A stretch of DNA of 64,000 bases from Tubulanus polymorphus (lineage: Eukaryota > Animalia > Nemertea): assembly GCF_964204645.1 (NCBI RefSeq), contig NC_134031.1, positions 11,410,088 through 11,474,087 of the forward strand. Reading direction: 5' to 3'. The notes beneath the pieces were generated by a model, which had not been told where the DNA came from, made no database searches, and saw nothing but the letters and a program-made list of their open reading frames with translations. This document shows, one piece after another, positions 25,021 to 39,043 of the stretch; the first letter of the stretch is position 1, and every line of letters begins with the position of its first letter. The translations under genes were made by a program, and so were the position numbers.

Positions 25021-27547
25021 AGATGGCAAGAGCCAGGAAAAAACAATTTGGCTGGATGAAACGGTTCAGCAGCTCGTATATGATGCTGACAGTGATGCTG
25101 GTGACTTGGAATTTGGTAGCCTGACAGGAGTTCGGTGAATTGGCGCGAATCAGTAGGCCAAGTTGTATTTTGAATTAATCTATTTTTCACAAATTTTCTC
25201 ATTAATTGCCCTGCTATCGAGCGGTTGTTACTTGTATAGCTCCCCAGAATACCATTATAGCGTTCAAACGAAAAACACCAAAACGAATAAACCAGCCTAA
25301 AGTCAAGCACGCATTTCTTTAGATGTAGATGGAGATGCATGTTCATAGTACAAAAACCTTTGCCATACAACGTAACGCATTTGCGACAAAATGTTTTTAT
25401 GAGGAGACAGGCATTTGATATTTCGTCATAGCTAACTATTCGGCAACACAGTATTATACACGCTTTTACAAACAAACTCTAGCATACATAGTGTTCCTCG
25501 GGCAATCTATCTTTCAATGAAGCAAGTGAATATATACATGTCCAATTTTTCCATTGGTCTGCAGTAAAGCTAGCAAATCCACTGGCTATTTTCCCCGGCA
25601 AAGGGCCCAAATCACTTGGGTTCTGATACGCATTGACTTCCTCTTGGATTAAACGAAAATGTTCTTCCGATAAAAGTTTATCTTCCTTCCACCGCTGTGT
25701 CATGCGTTTTGCCGTTCCGAAGAATAAATTATGCATAGGGTCAATAACGTGAAAACGTGACAATAAAGCTTGTCTCCAAACTTTTCACGTAAAAACGATC
25801 GGTCGCATTTTGAACAACCTGTAAAACAATGAAAATAGATCGCAATTCATATTGGTTGCAATAGAATTCTATTATACTCCAATGATGAAATAGATGACAT
25901 CTGGATTATAACCGAACCTTTTTCGGCTCTTTGCCCCAAGAAACCGACGATCTTTCTCGTTGCTGGGATATCACTTGAAATGCAAGTGACAGCTAATCTG
26001 TAAAAATTACCTAATGCACTTCCGTCATTTTTAATATAAACACCTTCCCATAGTTCTTTTAGTTCATTTACGATAGGTAAGAGAAAACTGTTAATATCGA
26101 GTTGCGGTTCGTGTGGACCCGGTATGATTCCCAAAATCTTGATGTTCTCTTCTCGGAAACGTATTTCACGGGGTAAATTTTGCAGTACTAGATAAATGAC
26201 ACCGATGGAATGATTTGTAAACTTAAACGGCTGAAACCAGTCACAATTAATCATCGCCAATAGTAAATGTTCATCGTTATATTCAGCTGCGAATTCATGC
26301 CAAACCGCTCCATCATAGATATCTGCTAAGTACCGGCCACCGATACTTCGTCCTTTGGATTTACACGCGGCAGCAAATCCATCCCGTGACAAAAATTCTT
26401 CCAAATACTTCTGTATTGATCGAACGCAGTATATTTTTTTTGGATATAGATATACTTGATTATTTTTCCCTTGAACTGTTTTAAGCAGCAATGTACCGCA
26501 TGGTTGTCGTTGATTGCGATGAGGGTGCTCTGGGAATTTAACAAACGCACATTTTAGTGGTATTTTCTTGCCGGTTGCATTGACCCTAAACGTTATGCTG
26601 AATTTATAAGACGTGTTACATTTAGGACATATCACTAATTTGTAGAAATCATCTCTGTCTAGGTCCATGTACGATCTGATTCTTGTCAAAGACGTCATAA
26701 ATGATTCACTCATTGATTTTAAAAGATCCGATGCCGTTATTCGATACAGTAAATTAAAAAGTAGAGCGAAAAACTTAAACAATACGATTATAGCTGAATC
26801 CGATATCCTGTTGAGATACTGCCACGATAACACAAACAGATAAACAATTCTGAATATGCATTGAGTTTCCCGTAAATTCGCTGGCTCTTGGTCCACGGAG
26901 CTATTTCAATATTCAACTGATTCTACCGGCACAGTTTCAGGGGGGGATTGGATGGCCATCATCCCATATTTCTAAATTTTCTTCATCGGTTGTCAAACCA
27001 TTTGCCTAAAATAGAATGAGTTCGTTTCATTTCAAAATAGTCGTAAAATAACTAATCTTTAAACAAAACATCAGTCACACCGCAAGATTATTTTTAAAAA
27101 TTGGTAATTATTGGTGTTTACGTACATTGGAAGGTATTTCACTTGCAGGGGAACTGTTCTCAATACATCGATAATTGCGAATCTCAGACCTTTGAAATAA
27201 AGAATTACCTATAACGATTGATGAACGTTAAAACATTAAGATACCATCACTATTGAAATAGAACGACGATGGGATGGGATATTTCAATTAAGTTTTGTCG
27301 TGGGTATATACATTTTTGGAAGACTGACCACAATTGAAATTATTGGGCTTATCAACATTTATATTGTTTTTTGTTTATATTGTTGTTGAAAATTATCTGA
27401 ACGTACATCTCGATCTGGCGTTGTTTTCTGCTGACAAGACAAACGTTGGTGTTCATAGTACGTAGATTTGCTAACATTCTGACTGCAGCGCGCGCAGTAA
27501 CGAAGTTTTCCGCGCAGAGCGGCTCTCGGTCTGACATCCATGAGCAT
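25017..27547 (-). pseudogene. EnSpm/CACTA-type DDE transposase (intron-containing, internally deleted ~25765, stop at 25479, 3' truncated)
   Basis: N-terminal CARC..VSKSTYYEH, DIYDGAVW, NCDWFQPF, NLPREIRF, IIPGPHEP, SDIPATRK, IDPMHNLF, NMHLHLHL, FSFERYNG. Confidence 0.9.
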
Positions 27548-30038
27548 CAGCTGGAGAATGACTAAAGCTTACCGCTATCACTACCCGAAAACCGTTGTTG
27601 TTTACCGCCAAACAAAATTGCAGCTCTGTCTGAAATATTTGTGATTAAGATATTTTGATTATACCACACTATTTCATGATCACCAATTTAGCAATAGCCA
27701 TATAACAGCCTCAACTGAAATATTCAATGGGTTGAAAACCGAAACCCAGAGCAATAATATATTTACCTATGAAATGTGTTGGGGCATGACTTAAGGCGTG
27801 AAAATAAATTGACTTTCCATTAATTAATTCTCTCAAGGCATATCGTAAAAAGTTGGTCAATGGTTCCATCCATTTTCTGTTCGCTGAAAGTTGGGTCTAG
27901 GTAAGACACGCACTAATATATCACCAGGAATTTTCTATGGTAAAATTCATAGATTTTATATATACTTAATTTTTTCTTTACTGCTGTGCGAAAAAAAGGT
28001 AAATATGTCACATACAGTTTATTCTGAAGAACTACAGTTTTCCATTACATTTCCGGAAATAATTTGCGATTGCCAATTTACCTGTTTCCTTTAATAATTT
28101 GGTATCATCCAAAATGCGCGCGAAAATCCAAGCTATCCGGTAATTTTCGGTTCTTTCTCGTTCAGCACTTGCCGCACAGAGCTCAGTCGCCAAAAAGAAT
28201 CGCTATTGATACAATTGTTATTACTTTGATTTTTGATATTTGATTATCGATTTGCTACAATGCCGTCTAGAAGATTTGAAATAGGTGAAGACAACGTGGG
28301 ACATGTGAGTATAAGATTATTATTCTTATTCAATGTCTAAAAGGAATAGGCCATTGAAAAGAGACAGTCATATTTCAGAAACTAAATGATAAAGCAAATT
28401 TTTCATGATACTGATTCATTAACTGACTTGAGAAACGATCTCATAGCATCTATGATTTATATGATTCACCTGCAAACGAAAGTCGGGTGTCCGTTGATGA
28501 CCAAACCGATCGACTCATAGCAAGTATGTTAAATCACCATGTTTATCAGCTGATAACAGCGCATACCATAATGGTTTAATCATTATAAAATAATTTTCTA
28601 TATTACATATTCTATATATTTCAGAGGCAGTTTATAACCAATACACATCCGGAAAGGCAAAAAGAAAACTGGAAGATAATCCCAATCGCAGTCAACGCGT
28701 GAAAAATTTAAAAATTCTTCACCAAAGACGCAAAAGAGTATGTATATGTATGTCTTAAAATGTGGCATGAAACGCAAACGGAAGATACATGAAAAGATAC
28801 TGGTTAATTCTGTTTCATTTTTAGCTCTTCAACAGGCGATCCTCCGTCGTTAAATCAGAAGAAAGAGAATTCTGGCGACAAGTCTACCCAGAATTAATGT
28901 CGGACGAGGAGTCGATTGTTGAACACGATCGCGTCGTAGCCGTCTCCGTAAGAACTCCAAAATGGAGAACAGCAAAGTTAGATGCGGTGATTTGGGATCT
29001 TGATCGAAGACTGAGTCCAGATTCATTAATATACCGCCGCATCGTAAATCAGAACAATCCTTTTTCGGAACGAGCCGTGAAAAGGTCATACTCGCTGGAC
29101 CTTGTAGGTCGTCATTAGATGAAATGATATATTTTCATATTTTGCTTATTCATTGATCTCTTTTTTCCTTAATGACATGTAATTGTAAGATTATTTTAAC
29201 GTATGCCTGACATTATCATGATTATTATCATTATTATCGTCTTTATTATGATTATCATTACTATTATGAAAACACTGCATACGCCGGTTTAAGCTAATTA
29301 AGTCCATTATAAAGCAATCCTTCTTAATGCCGTTGCTCATCAATTTTCAGCGAAAAAGTAGCGCGATCTTACTTATAAAATGATAATACCATTCTTCATA
29401 ACGCAAACTTCGTTATAACGCGATATTTTTCAATGGTCCCAGCAGTGGAATTATAAAGGAATTTGACATATAATTGTATAATATATTTATTTCTCTATTC
29501 ATCAGAAAAAATAAAGAATGGAAATCGTTGTGAAAAACTGGAGTTAGTTTGTATGATCACATATTTGCGTATATATTATCGTCATGAAATAAAATATCAA
29601 ATATGTATCTAAATTTACGTCTCGATTTCTATTTGGTTTATCGCTCGTATTGATATTGAGTGAACCACAGTGTTTATAAACATTTTGAGAGGCCACGTGT
29701 CCACTGTAATTGAGACGTCTGGCTTGTATCCCAATAAACCTCATCACCCTTGCTCAATCAGTAAAATGTTTTTATACACAAGTGAACTATGGTTTCTAGT
29801 TTTAACACACTGTATTTCACTCCAGTGATACTTTAGTGAACCGCACATTGCATGATTTCGATCGTTCACCAGTGAGTCCGTTATAATTAATGAACTATCC
29901 TTATCACTCGTGGAAACTACGTGATACAAGATAGATCACTGAATATTTTCACTGATCTTCAATAGTGAAACGGATAATTTACTATGGTGATGACAATTGT
30001 CATCATCACGCTTCAAGCTGTGACAGTTTTTGTTAGTG
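25021..30038 (-). mobile_element. CACTA/EnSpm DNA transposon, one end lost
   Basis: Terminus ...TTTTTGTTAGTG (reverse complement CACTAACAAAAA) at 30038, subterminal GTGA-rich repeats, transposase and a divergent second gene. Confidence 0.82.
28260..29118 (+). pseudogene. Probable CACTA accessory (second) gene, multi-exon, degenerate
   Basis: ATG at 28260, GT-AG-bounded segments, basic region, and MSDEES...PKWRTAKLDAVIWDLDRR C-terminal motif; lies inside the CACTA terminus. Confidence 0.5.
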
Positions 30039-30269
30039 CAAAGGCTTCCTTACCTTACTGCTGTTGCCGATACAATCCGTATGATATCCTTCAGCTCACT
30101 TCAATCTCCTGATACTGCATCGGAATTTTGATAAATCCACGTTATATAGGCACTGTCAAGCCGTAAACATCGGCGTTTTGGTGTTTTCTTTCCGACATTT
30201 CTCTCTTCTTATTAAGGAAGAGCTATTGAATTAATCCCTCTCTTCTCCACAATGAATTTCAAAGTCAAT

Positions 30270-31161
30270 TTTTAGGCCAGCCATAGGCTGAGCCTATTAC
30301 TATACAAATGGAGCGAATTTGAATGACATGGTTTCCTGAGTAAAGGCTCTTTGACTGTGCAACTGAGCATGTATTCGTACAAATCATTCATTAAAGCATT
30401 ATCCATTCTCCAAACTCCACGTAGCTGAATTTTGAAAGAGGGCCTCCTTAAAATTTATATGAGCTTTTTCACAAAAATCTGATCGCAAAAATATTGGTTT
30501 TGAAAAGCCAATCAGAAAGCAAAGACTCCTCTATGATTGGCTTAGGCCGCAGAGATCAGCAGGTGTTCATGTGAACCCGTGGTATCGTCTACCGTTTTAC
30601 TTCCGGGTTTTATTTTAAGATCTAAAATTGTATTTTAAGATCGATTTCTTCGAAAGCTTTAGTTGATTTGGTTTTTGGGAGGAATATTTTTATTAGCACT
30701 ACAGAAAATGTCATTGACAATTGCGCAAACTCCGGGAAAAAATAGCTTTTTCTCAAATCGGATAGATGACCTTGATATGCTAATTAGCCATGTGCTAAAA
30801 CTGCAAATTCAATCAAATTATATTCTGCAAAAAATATCAAATCCAATTCAGTTTTACTTTATTGAACAAATAAAAATAATCACATCCAATTCAATGTTGT
30901 TTTATTGAGCAACTTTCAGAAAATTGAATTCTAATTCTATTAGAATCAATAAGACCAAGGGAAACGATTTATCTGAGGTATTTGTTCCTGCCAGCTCCAG
31001 TCGCTGTCTGTGCTACTTTTGTATTCTACGGTTGTGTAAATTATTAGGTATTGACTCTGAGCTGTGAGTGTATTTTGACAAATTTAACCCACAGAATGCA
31101 TCATCATTTGCCATTTTTGAAAAGCTGACAGGCTGGCCATAGTGCCCCTTGGGGCTCTTGT
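30270..31161 (+). mobile_element. HINE family A copy 1
   Basis: Sub-TIR GGCCAGCC/GGCTGGCC and 3' hairpin GCCCCTTGGGGC; homologous to 33453ff, 45836-46140 and 58792-59445. Confidence 0.75.
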
Positions 31162-34100
31162 ATGAATTTATTGCTCAGCGGATCCGAGTACGAGAGTTTA
31201 CGAGTCTGGCATTAGCGAGTCCGACAGGTTTACGGGCATTTGTTTGTTACCACTTTTATGTTATTGATTTCTTGTTATTCCGGTTATTTTATTTTATTAT
31301 ATTGCTGATCTGTTCATGTAAAGTGTCAATAAATAGATTTTGAATTGATCTAGTTTAAATCAAGGTCGTTGAGTCACGGTTGGCTACTAGAATGATGTTC
31401 GACTCAGAGAGAAAACAAACGACAGAAAAGTATCAGGTGATTATCGATAGCCTATAACGGAACACACAGTTGACAAACAGTGTTAGGCCTGTGCCTGTTG
31501 GTGCGTATTGGGACTAAAATGTATTGGTAGGTCAGTTGGTTCGGTTATGAAGTGTGGAAGCTGAGAAAGCCTACAGTACCTGTATTCATTTGTCTATGAT
31601 AGTATACCAATACCATTTTAAGTACGAAGTTGTTTCCTGTACGTGACTGTACAGTGATCTCCACAGTTTTACCGTATGTGAGTTCCCTACAACTGCCGTA
31701 CGTGAGTTCCTATATCTACATACGCGCATGCATGAAAGAATAGGGATTGGGTTAGGTGAGGCTATTTGTAAATCAACTTTCATCCACCCTGCAGTTACGT
31801 TCTGGCGCTCAGTGGGTAAATCACTGGACTACTGCTGAAATTTTTTTTTTCGTTTGGTTTCGAATCCCAATATTATAAGTCAGAGGGTCAACGTATTCAC
31901 TTACGGCTAACCTGTAGAATTCACCGTACAGTTACGTATGGTTAAAACAGCGTTTTAAGTATTAAGTGAGTACGATAAGCCTACCATGCATACGTACTTC
32001 AAACACAACTTTTTCCCTCTTGTCGGCCCTAGACTGATGTTACTATAACTGGTACCATTATCACATGGATAGGATTTCATCAGGACTAGCCTAAAGTCCA
32101 CACTATTCACTCGAAATTATCAAAATGCAGTGAAGTATTCACACGCAGAAAGGCTAATTGATTTGAGCCATGCAATTAAATTTTACTCGGGCCTTCTCTG
32201 ACCTGCTGACGTTAATAGTCAAACCTGGATCCAAAACGTTCATGTGGTCACGGCTTGTATACCAGAAATCATTGAAGGCCTGTACTAATAGGAATAGGGC
32301 CTATTGCTTGGGCTTACTATTTCCTGCTTTAGAATACTGAAATAAGCCTAACGTTCATTCATATATCCAACATTGTTGAAAGTTTGATTACCGTATACAT
32401 GTACTGTAGGTTTTCATGTTGTATGAATATTTTGCAGTTCAAATGGGTATGATGCTGATTTCAATGTCGGACACATGAAGTTAAATGGACAGTCAACATC
32501 AAGATATATTTCTTCGACCGATGTTGCACCATAGAAGATCTGATTCTTTCAACTCAAGCAAAGTGATTCAACATGATCGACATAACACTGGAGTAGGTTT
32601 GCAGTGACTAACAGTTCATTTCAGACAAGTAACACAAGTGGAAAAAACACAAGTTATGCTTGATTCTCATATTCAAATAAGATTCAAAATCAAATTTATT
32701 TCGTGACATCATATTTACAAAGCATATCATTGGTTCATACAGTAATCAAAATTACGACAGAACAAATATTATCATAGAATCTTCAAAAAGGTAATGAATT
32801 TCTATAACTAACTAAACATTATTTTTCTAATAACTAAGATCAAGAGTGACTCTCCCTTACATTAGGAAACACACACAACTAGTGGAATAGGTTTGATATA
32901 TACACACATGTTGCAGGTAAAAAATTGTTTATCAGTATAGAATTTTTTATCCATAGAGGCCAGACAAAACCCAGATGAAATCAATTCATAATTCATTCAT
33001 TGAATCTACACTACAATATATGTATTTATTCGAATATTTCAATAAAAAGATTAACTCCATAAATCTATTCCAAATCATAATACGTTCTTGTCTGTAAATT
33101 TACTCAATCTATCGACTCAGCAGGTGCTTAAGATGAGTTCTTAATAGGACAGATCCATTTTTAAGCGTGGTGAAAATACAGTATCGATGTTTGGATGCCA
33201 GAATAAATGCCTGGTCGAATAGATTCATATTTGTTTATTGTACGTCTGCATAAGTTCGGTTTCAAAGCTGAATCTTATTCGACGTGTACACAGTGGTTGA
33301 CCATTAGGTTCGAATCTGTCAATGCATTTTATTCTTTGTATCGGTATTTCAATTTACTACAATTCCCATCATCCTGAAAGGCTTTGCAGAAAACCCATCA
33401 TCGCTGCTTTGCAGCTATATTTATTATAAATTTTCCACTTTCCAGCCAAAAATTTTTAGGCCAGCCGTAGGCTGAGCCTATTACTATACAAATGGAGCGA
33501 ATTTAAATGACATGGTTTCCACATAAAAGGCTCTTTTGCTTGCCAAGTGAGGGCATATTCGAACAAATCACGTATTTAAGCGTAATCCATTCTCGGAATC
33601 CTAGCGAGCAGAATTTTGAAATAGGGTTTCATTAAAATGTTTTCTTCATTTTTCACGAAAATTAAATCGGGAAAATTTCAATTTTTATCAGCCAATCAGG
33701 TGGTTGTGTCTTCCCTGTGATTGGTTTATCTGAAAATATCAGCAGCTGTTCACGTGAATTGTCGTGATTTCATTACTGGCGCTTTTGCGCATAAAGTCAT
33801 GTATCAGCACGTGACAATACTTCCACATTCGCTACGTGTTCGCTGATTGGCCGATTTACTGGGAAATTCCACAGAAGCCTAATGTGGTTTGTTACAAGCG
33901 CTGTGATTGGCCCGACCCGATTCTGGCACGGCTTTAGCTTAGTGGGTTCGAATCCCTTGATGGGTGAAGATGATGGATCCTATCAATCTCTATTGAACAA
34001 ATAAGTTTCCCGGTTGGGCAGCTGCAGATATCTAGCGGAAGTGTTCCCGTTCGATATTTCGAGGTTTCTTTGAATTTTGGAGTGATATTGAAATCCGGTA

Positions 34101-34691
34101 AATACAGGCGGTAGATTGTGAAAACCCATTGCATGATATTTGTATTACTTAATCAACGAAAAGCGCCAGGGCCACGCCAGGAGTTTTGGCGATTCAAGTA
34201 GCGCAATAGCCTACTTCGTGTTCGTCCACCTCAATTTTCACTCCGCTGATCTCTGACACGGCCCTGTTGCCGTCGGCGCTGTGATTGCACTTTCGTACCA
34301 CCAACATTTTTTATTTCTATATCAGGGAATAAAAAAGTCGAAATTTGGATATCACATAGGCCTGATTTCATCGAATAAGTCGACCATGGTCGTTACGTTT
34401 CCGTACTAATTACCACCTAAAACCGTCTGAACAATTTTGTCACCATCAACATTTCGTTTACAGAAATCAGCAAGAGTTCACGTGAACCCGCGGCATCGTC
34501 TACTGTTTTACTTCCGGGTTTTATTTTAAAATTTAAAATTGTATTTCAAGATCGATTTCTATGAAATCTCTAGTTGATTTCGTGTTTGGGAGGAATTTGT
34601 ATTTGCTCTACAGAAAATTCATCCTTGACAATTGCGCAAGGTTCGCGAAAAAATAGCTTTTCCCAAATCGGGTGTGACCTTGATATGCTAA

Positions 34692-35645
34692 CAAGCCTGT
34701 AAATAATTTTTTTGCCAGTGCCTGCCACATGTCAGGCACCAACTATAATGCTGCCTGACATTAATGAGTTGGTGCCGGACATAAATGATTTTGGTGCCTG
34801 CCATTTAGCAAAGTACTACTGTTTTATAGAGAATTTCCTAATTCCTTATTGGGCGGATACGATCTGACATAAAAAATCACTTCCTGATCTATGCCACTCT
34901 AATGCTCTCAATGATCGTCAAAATCAGGAAAAGTGGTCGATATTTATTTGAGGTCATTATTTACTACCAATTATAGTCTATTTTGAACTATTTTATTTTT
35001 ACTTTGATTGTTCCATCGTCGCACAGCGGCAATGGTATACATTTATATAACGCGCGCGAGTTCATCGTACCACCACGTGTCAGTTCATACATTAGTATGC
35101 AAATCAGCAGTGAGCCGTGTACTGCGTGTATGGCTGTGTGTATAGTAGTCAGCTGAGTGAGTCTATATATAGCACAGTCACTCGGCGATGATAGTATACA
35201 CAGCACTCTCACACATCGGCGGGCGCTATTGTCAGCCTCTTAAATCGTCAATTAAGACGAACTAATTGACAAATCAGTGAATTAAAATCTCTGATGAAGG
35301 GCCTCGGCTTATTGGGCGAAGCTTTATGAAATCCATGTATTTTAGACTAAAAAACTGCCCTCGGCTTATTGGCCGGAAAATACGGTAGCGCGATTTCACC
35401 GCAATAAGCAACGGAATTGATCAGAAGACAACTGGCGCGATTTATTGCAATAAACATCGGGATTTATTGATCGGTGATAGGAAACGGTGCTATTTATTTT
35501 CATATCGGTTCGAAAAAGCTAAAACTATTAGAACCATGAAAATTTTCGTGCCGGTCAGCGTGACAGGCAGGAGCGATTTTGCAACGGACATCGTGTCGTT
35601 TTGAGCCAGCCAATGTCCGTGACCGGCCTCTTATTTACAGCCTTG
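34692..35645. mobile_element. hAT-like MITE with 5-bp TSD
   Basis: TIR CAAGCCTGTAAATAA / TTATTTACAGCCTTG; GCTAA is duplicated (34687-91, 35646-50) but single in other family A copies. Confidence 0.75.
34845..35385. mobile_element. Second (5'-truncated) copy of the Tc2/pogo-like MITE
   Basis: Near-identical to ~1885-2449 and ends AAAATACGG|TA. Confidence 0.9.
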
Positions 35646-35819
35646 GCTAATTAGCCATGTGTTCGAATTGCAAATTCAATCAAATTTTATTCTGCCAAAA
35701 AAATGTTAAATCCAATTCATTTTTAGCCCACTTGGGACTTTAGTCCCAGCGGGCTATTGCGTTCACTTTTCGTCCGTCCGTTCGTCCGTAGACGGAATCC
35801 AGTTATTTTGGGAAGTTTT

Positions 35820-35990
35820 AATAATAATAATAATAATAATAATTGTCATTTATAACGCGCAAGACTTTGACAGTTCAAATGCGCTTTCCAAGAGTTAATG
35901 GTATGCTGCATGGAACAAAGTTGTTTTGAGATGGGTCTTGAAGCTATTGAGGTCAAGAGATAACCATCTAGATAGTTCGTGAGAGTTCCA
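35820..35990 (-). mobile_element. 5'-truncated L2-clade LINE 3' end with 7-bp TSD
   Basis: Minus strand encodes WNS...LNSFKTHLKTTLFHAAYH* followed by an (ATT)n tail; AAGTTTT is duplicated (35813-19, 35991-97). Confidence 0.75.
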
Positions 35991-36885
35991 AAGTTTTGAA
36001 GACGCTTCGAGGTAATGTCTTGATATTTGGTTTATACATGTATCCACCCTAGACACATCTTCAGGCCAAAAACTGGCCCTGTCAGATTCAAGATGGCCGA
36101 CTGGCAGCCATTGTTGTTCGCCAAAATCAGCACTTTTTACACATTTTTTGAAGTTTTTGAGGGAAAGACGCTTTGATCAATTACCTTGATCTTTTGTATA
36201 TATTTGAACCCCCAAGGGAGCCATCAGCTTAAGAAAAATTGGGTCAATCGGGCTCAAGATGGCCGTCCTATGACCTTTTTAGTGCCCAAAAATGTCAATT
36301 TTGGCCGAAATTCTGGGTCCTGTAGCTTCGTACTGGTTTGCCATTTTTTCATTGCAATTTGTGATGGGCATTCTTTGGAAAGGGATGTTTTATACCTGAG
36401 ACAGGTATTCTTGATCAGCCAATTACAACGCAATTGGCGGCCATCTTGGTGTCATCAGTGCTCATTGGTAGGTGGGAGAAAGTTTTTCCACATTATAATG
36501 ATACATAAGCATATTGTGTTACTACAATCAATTGGAAAGTTGTAGCCCATAATGTGTTCTATGATTTTGGTGAGTTTCCAGGTCATTGGTTTTTGTATAT
36601 GGCCACCAGGGGGTGTTGAATAATACAATAACTTAGTATTTCTATATTATATTTGTACCTATGCATATTTTGTAACCACAATCAATTGCAAAGTTGTAGC
36701 TCATGACATCATCTATGATTGTGGTGAGTTTGAAGGACATTAGTTTTTCTATATGGTCACCAGGGGGCGTTGAATAGTAGAATAACTTAGTATTTCCTTA
36801 TTAGATTGGTACCTAGGCATATTATGTTACCATGATCAATTGCAAAGTTGTAATTCATGACATGTTCTATGATTGTGGTGGGTTT

Positions 36886-37955
36886 CAAGGGTTCGTAGCG
36901 ATCCTGGAAAGTGCTTAATAGTGCTTGAATCACAAAATGCGTTTTCAAGGCCTTGAAAATGCTTGAATTTTCAAAATTTCAGTAAAAATCATTGGAAGTC
37001 CTTGAATTTTTAATGTTGTCCAAATTTTGTCAATTAGTTTGTTGTATTGACTTCAATACGCCCGCGCACTGCCAACCATGTGTGAGAGTGCTGTGACTCT
37101 GTACTGTCAGCATGCTGTAGACTCGTATACACTGCTGACTTGTGTATATATACAGTACAAATGTATTAGGCACGTGCCTCACTGCTGACAATGCGTATAC
37201 AAATCTATTAGTAGACACGTGGCGGCACTACCGCTATCGCGCGCCGCGTATATACAAATGCCGTTGTGATGAAATAAACAAACAAAATACTTCAAAATAA
37301 TTCTAAATAGATTATTGGTAGTAAATAATGACCTCAAATTAATATAAAGACCGTTCTTGATTTTGACGATCTTTGGAGCATTAACTTCAAAATTAGATAG
37401 GCCAGTATGGGAAAGTACCATTTCTCTGACGCCTGGTTGGTGCATGAATCATACAAAAGTTGGATTCAACGCAGACCAATTTCAACAGAAGCTAGGTGCA
37501 AGATATGCGCCAAAACCATTGACATATCTTCGATGGGAGAAGTGGCTTTAAAGAGCTAATTTCAGACATCGAAACTCAAAAGGAGCAAATTAATCGATTG
37601 TAAATAGGTCGATGAGCTGTAATTTAATTTTGTATAATTTTGTTATTTTTGCTTTCGATAGTATGGCTTTTTGATGGCGAGGTCTACCTGTAGTTCCGTT
37701 GAAAGGCCCACAGATTTCTTATTTTAAAGTTATTAATTTCTGATACATGTAGTAAATCTTTCTTAAAATAAAGCTGAAAGATTCCAAAGTTATCAAGTCT
37801 TTTAAATTTCTGCAATAAAGGAATTTTCATTGCAATAAATTCGCGTTAAATGCTAGTGTTTATATGGTATTTTTCAGAAAATAGTACTTGAATTTTGATG
37901 AAATAGGTCCTTGAAAGTACTTGAATTAAGTTGTGCCTGGAGGCTATGAACCCTG
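36886..37955 (+). mobile_element. Internally deleted hAT element retaining the N-terminal BED-like zinc-finger fragment (37407-37559)
   Basis: Ends (CA)AGGGTTCGTA / TATGAACCCTG, subterminal CTTGAA repeats, MGKYHFSDAWL..YKSW...ARCKICAKTIDISSMGEVALKS. Confidence 0.72.
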
Positions 37956-38685
37956 CAAGGTCATTGGTTTTTGTATATGGTTCCAGGGGCGTTGAATATT
38001 GAAATTGTTAGATTATTGAGCATTTGAAACCACTTCCCAAGTGGGCATGGTGTCCCTGGACCCCTAGTTGGCGTTAATTTATCGTGAGTTTTAAGACTTC
38101 AATGAATTTCACGAAACCATGATCCCTAGAATGAGTCAATTGATTAATTCTATTCGTAAATCAATTTACATTGGCTACATTTTTGGCTCAAATTAACGTA
38201 ATATGGATGAAAATGGCAGGAATTTTCATGTGGAATTTTACTTCCGCGTTCACACGACTCAGACCGATGACAATGACGGAAATGTTTATATAATCTAAGG
38301 TGAGAATCTGTTTTACATGATTTCTTTATAATATGAGTATATATGGTAGCAAATGAGTACTCGGTGAAGCAAAGATCATTGTTGGCTACCTACTTAATGC
38401 CTAGTTTTTTTACGGGATACGCCCAGAATAGATATAGGCCCTAAATGTAGTGTGTAGTTAGTAAGGGGCTTGTTTACACTCATGTGTATGACTCTTTATT
38501 TCAATTACTTTCTTTCCAGCTATTATCTTGGAATGAACTGGCCATGCACTATGAACCCTGTTTTGATTGTTTTTGTATGGATGAAGCGAGGAAATATTGC
38601 TGTAAAAATGTCATGGGAGTAAAAAGCCTTGAATGTGCATCTCAAATGCCTTGAATTTTGGTAGGTCTTGAGGCTATAAACCCTG

Positions 38686-38993
38686 TAGCGCATCGTGTCC
38701 GTCCAAAAGGCCGTCAGGATAATGAAATGTTACCGAGGCCAGATCCGATAATAGTGAAATTTAAATATCATGATACGCGTTACAAAGTGATTAGCAACAG
38801 GAAGAAATTAAAGGGGAAGAAGATCACTATAAAAGAAGATCTTTCATCTGATCATCTAATAAATAGAGTGAACAGAACTGGGGGGGGGGGGGACTTTTCT
38901 AGAATGTGGACTATAAATGGAAAGGTTTATGCCATAGATCATAATGTTGAGAAACAGACTCTGAACTTGTATGACTCGGTATGGATACAATGA
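38686..38993 (+). pseudogene. LINE ORF1 C-terminal fragment (CR1/L2-type)
   Basis: AHRV...PRPDPIIVKF...RKKLKGKKITIKEDL...WTINGKVY. Confidence 0.7.
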
Positions 38994-39043
38994 CATTCAT
39001 GTAAATGTATTCATAATCGGCATTCTGGTGTGGTTTTTTTTAA

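Larger units (their letters stand above)
33453..35719 (+). mobile_element. HINE family A copy 2, interrupted by nested insertions
   Basis: Same 5' end TTAGGCCAGCC.TAGGCTGAGCCTATTACTATAC; homology resumes after 35645. Confidence 0.7.
35720..38069 (+). mobile_element. HINE family B copy 1 with ~154-bp internal tandem repeats
   Basis: TTTTAGCCCACTTGGGAC..GTCCCAGCGGGCTA hairpin, GTCC microsatellite, 3' end GTGGGCATGGTGTCCCTGGACCCCTAGTT. Confidence 0.85.

Noticed and set aside
30663-30908. Repeated small 'protein family' (also 45847, 59003)
   Set aside because: Chance ORFs in copies of HINE family A with inconsistent starts and stops.
32438-32630. Additional exon of the PARP-like gene (KIYFF resembles KIYFY)
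   Set aside because: All three frames contain stops and no consistent splice phase was found.
33930-33965. tRNA gene (also B-box-like hits at ~31860 and ~58590)
   Set aside because: Only GGTTCGAATCCC-like boxes are present; no complete cloverleaf could be folded. Probably SINE debris.
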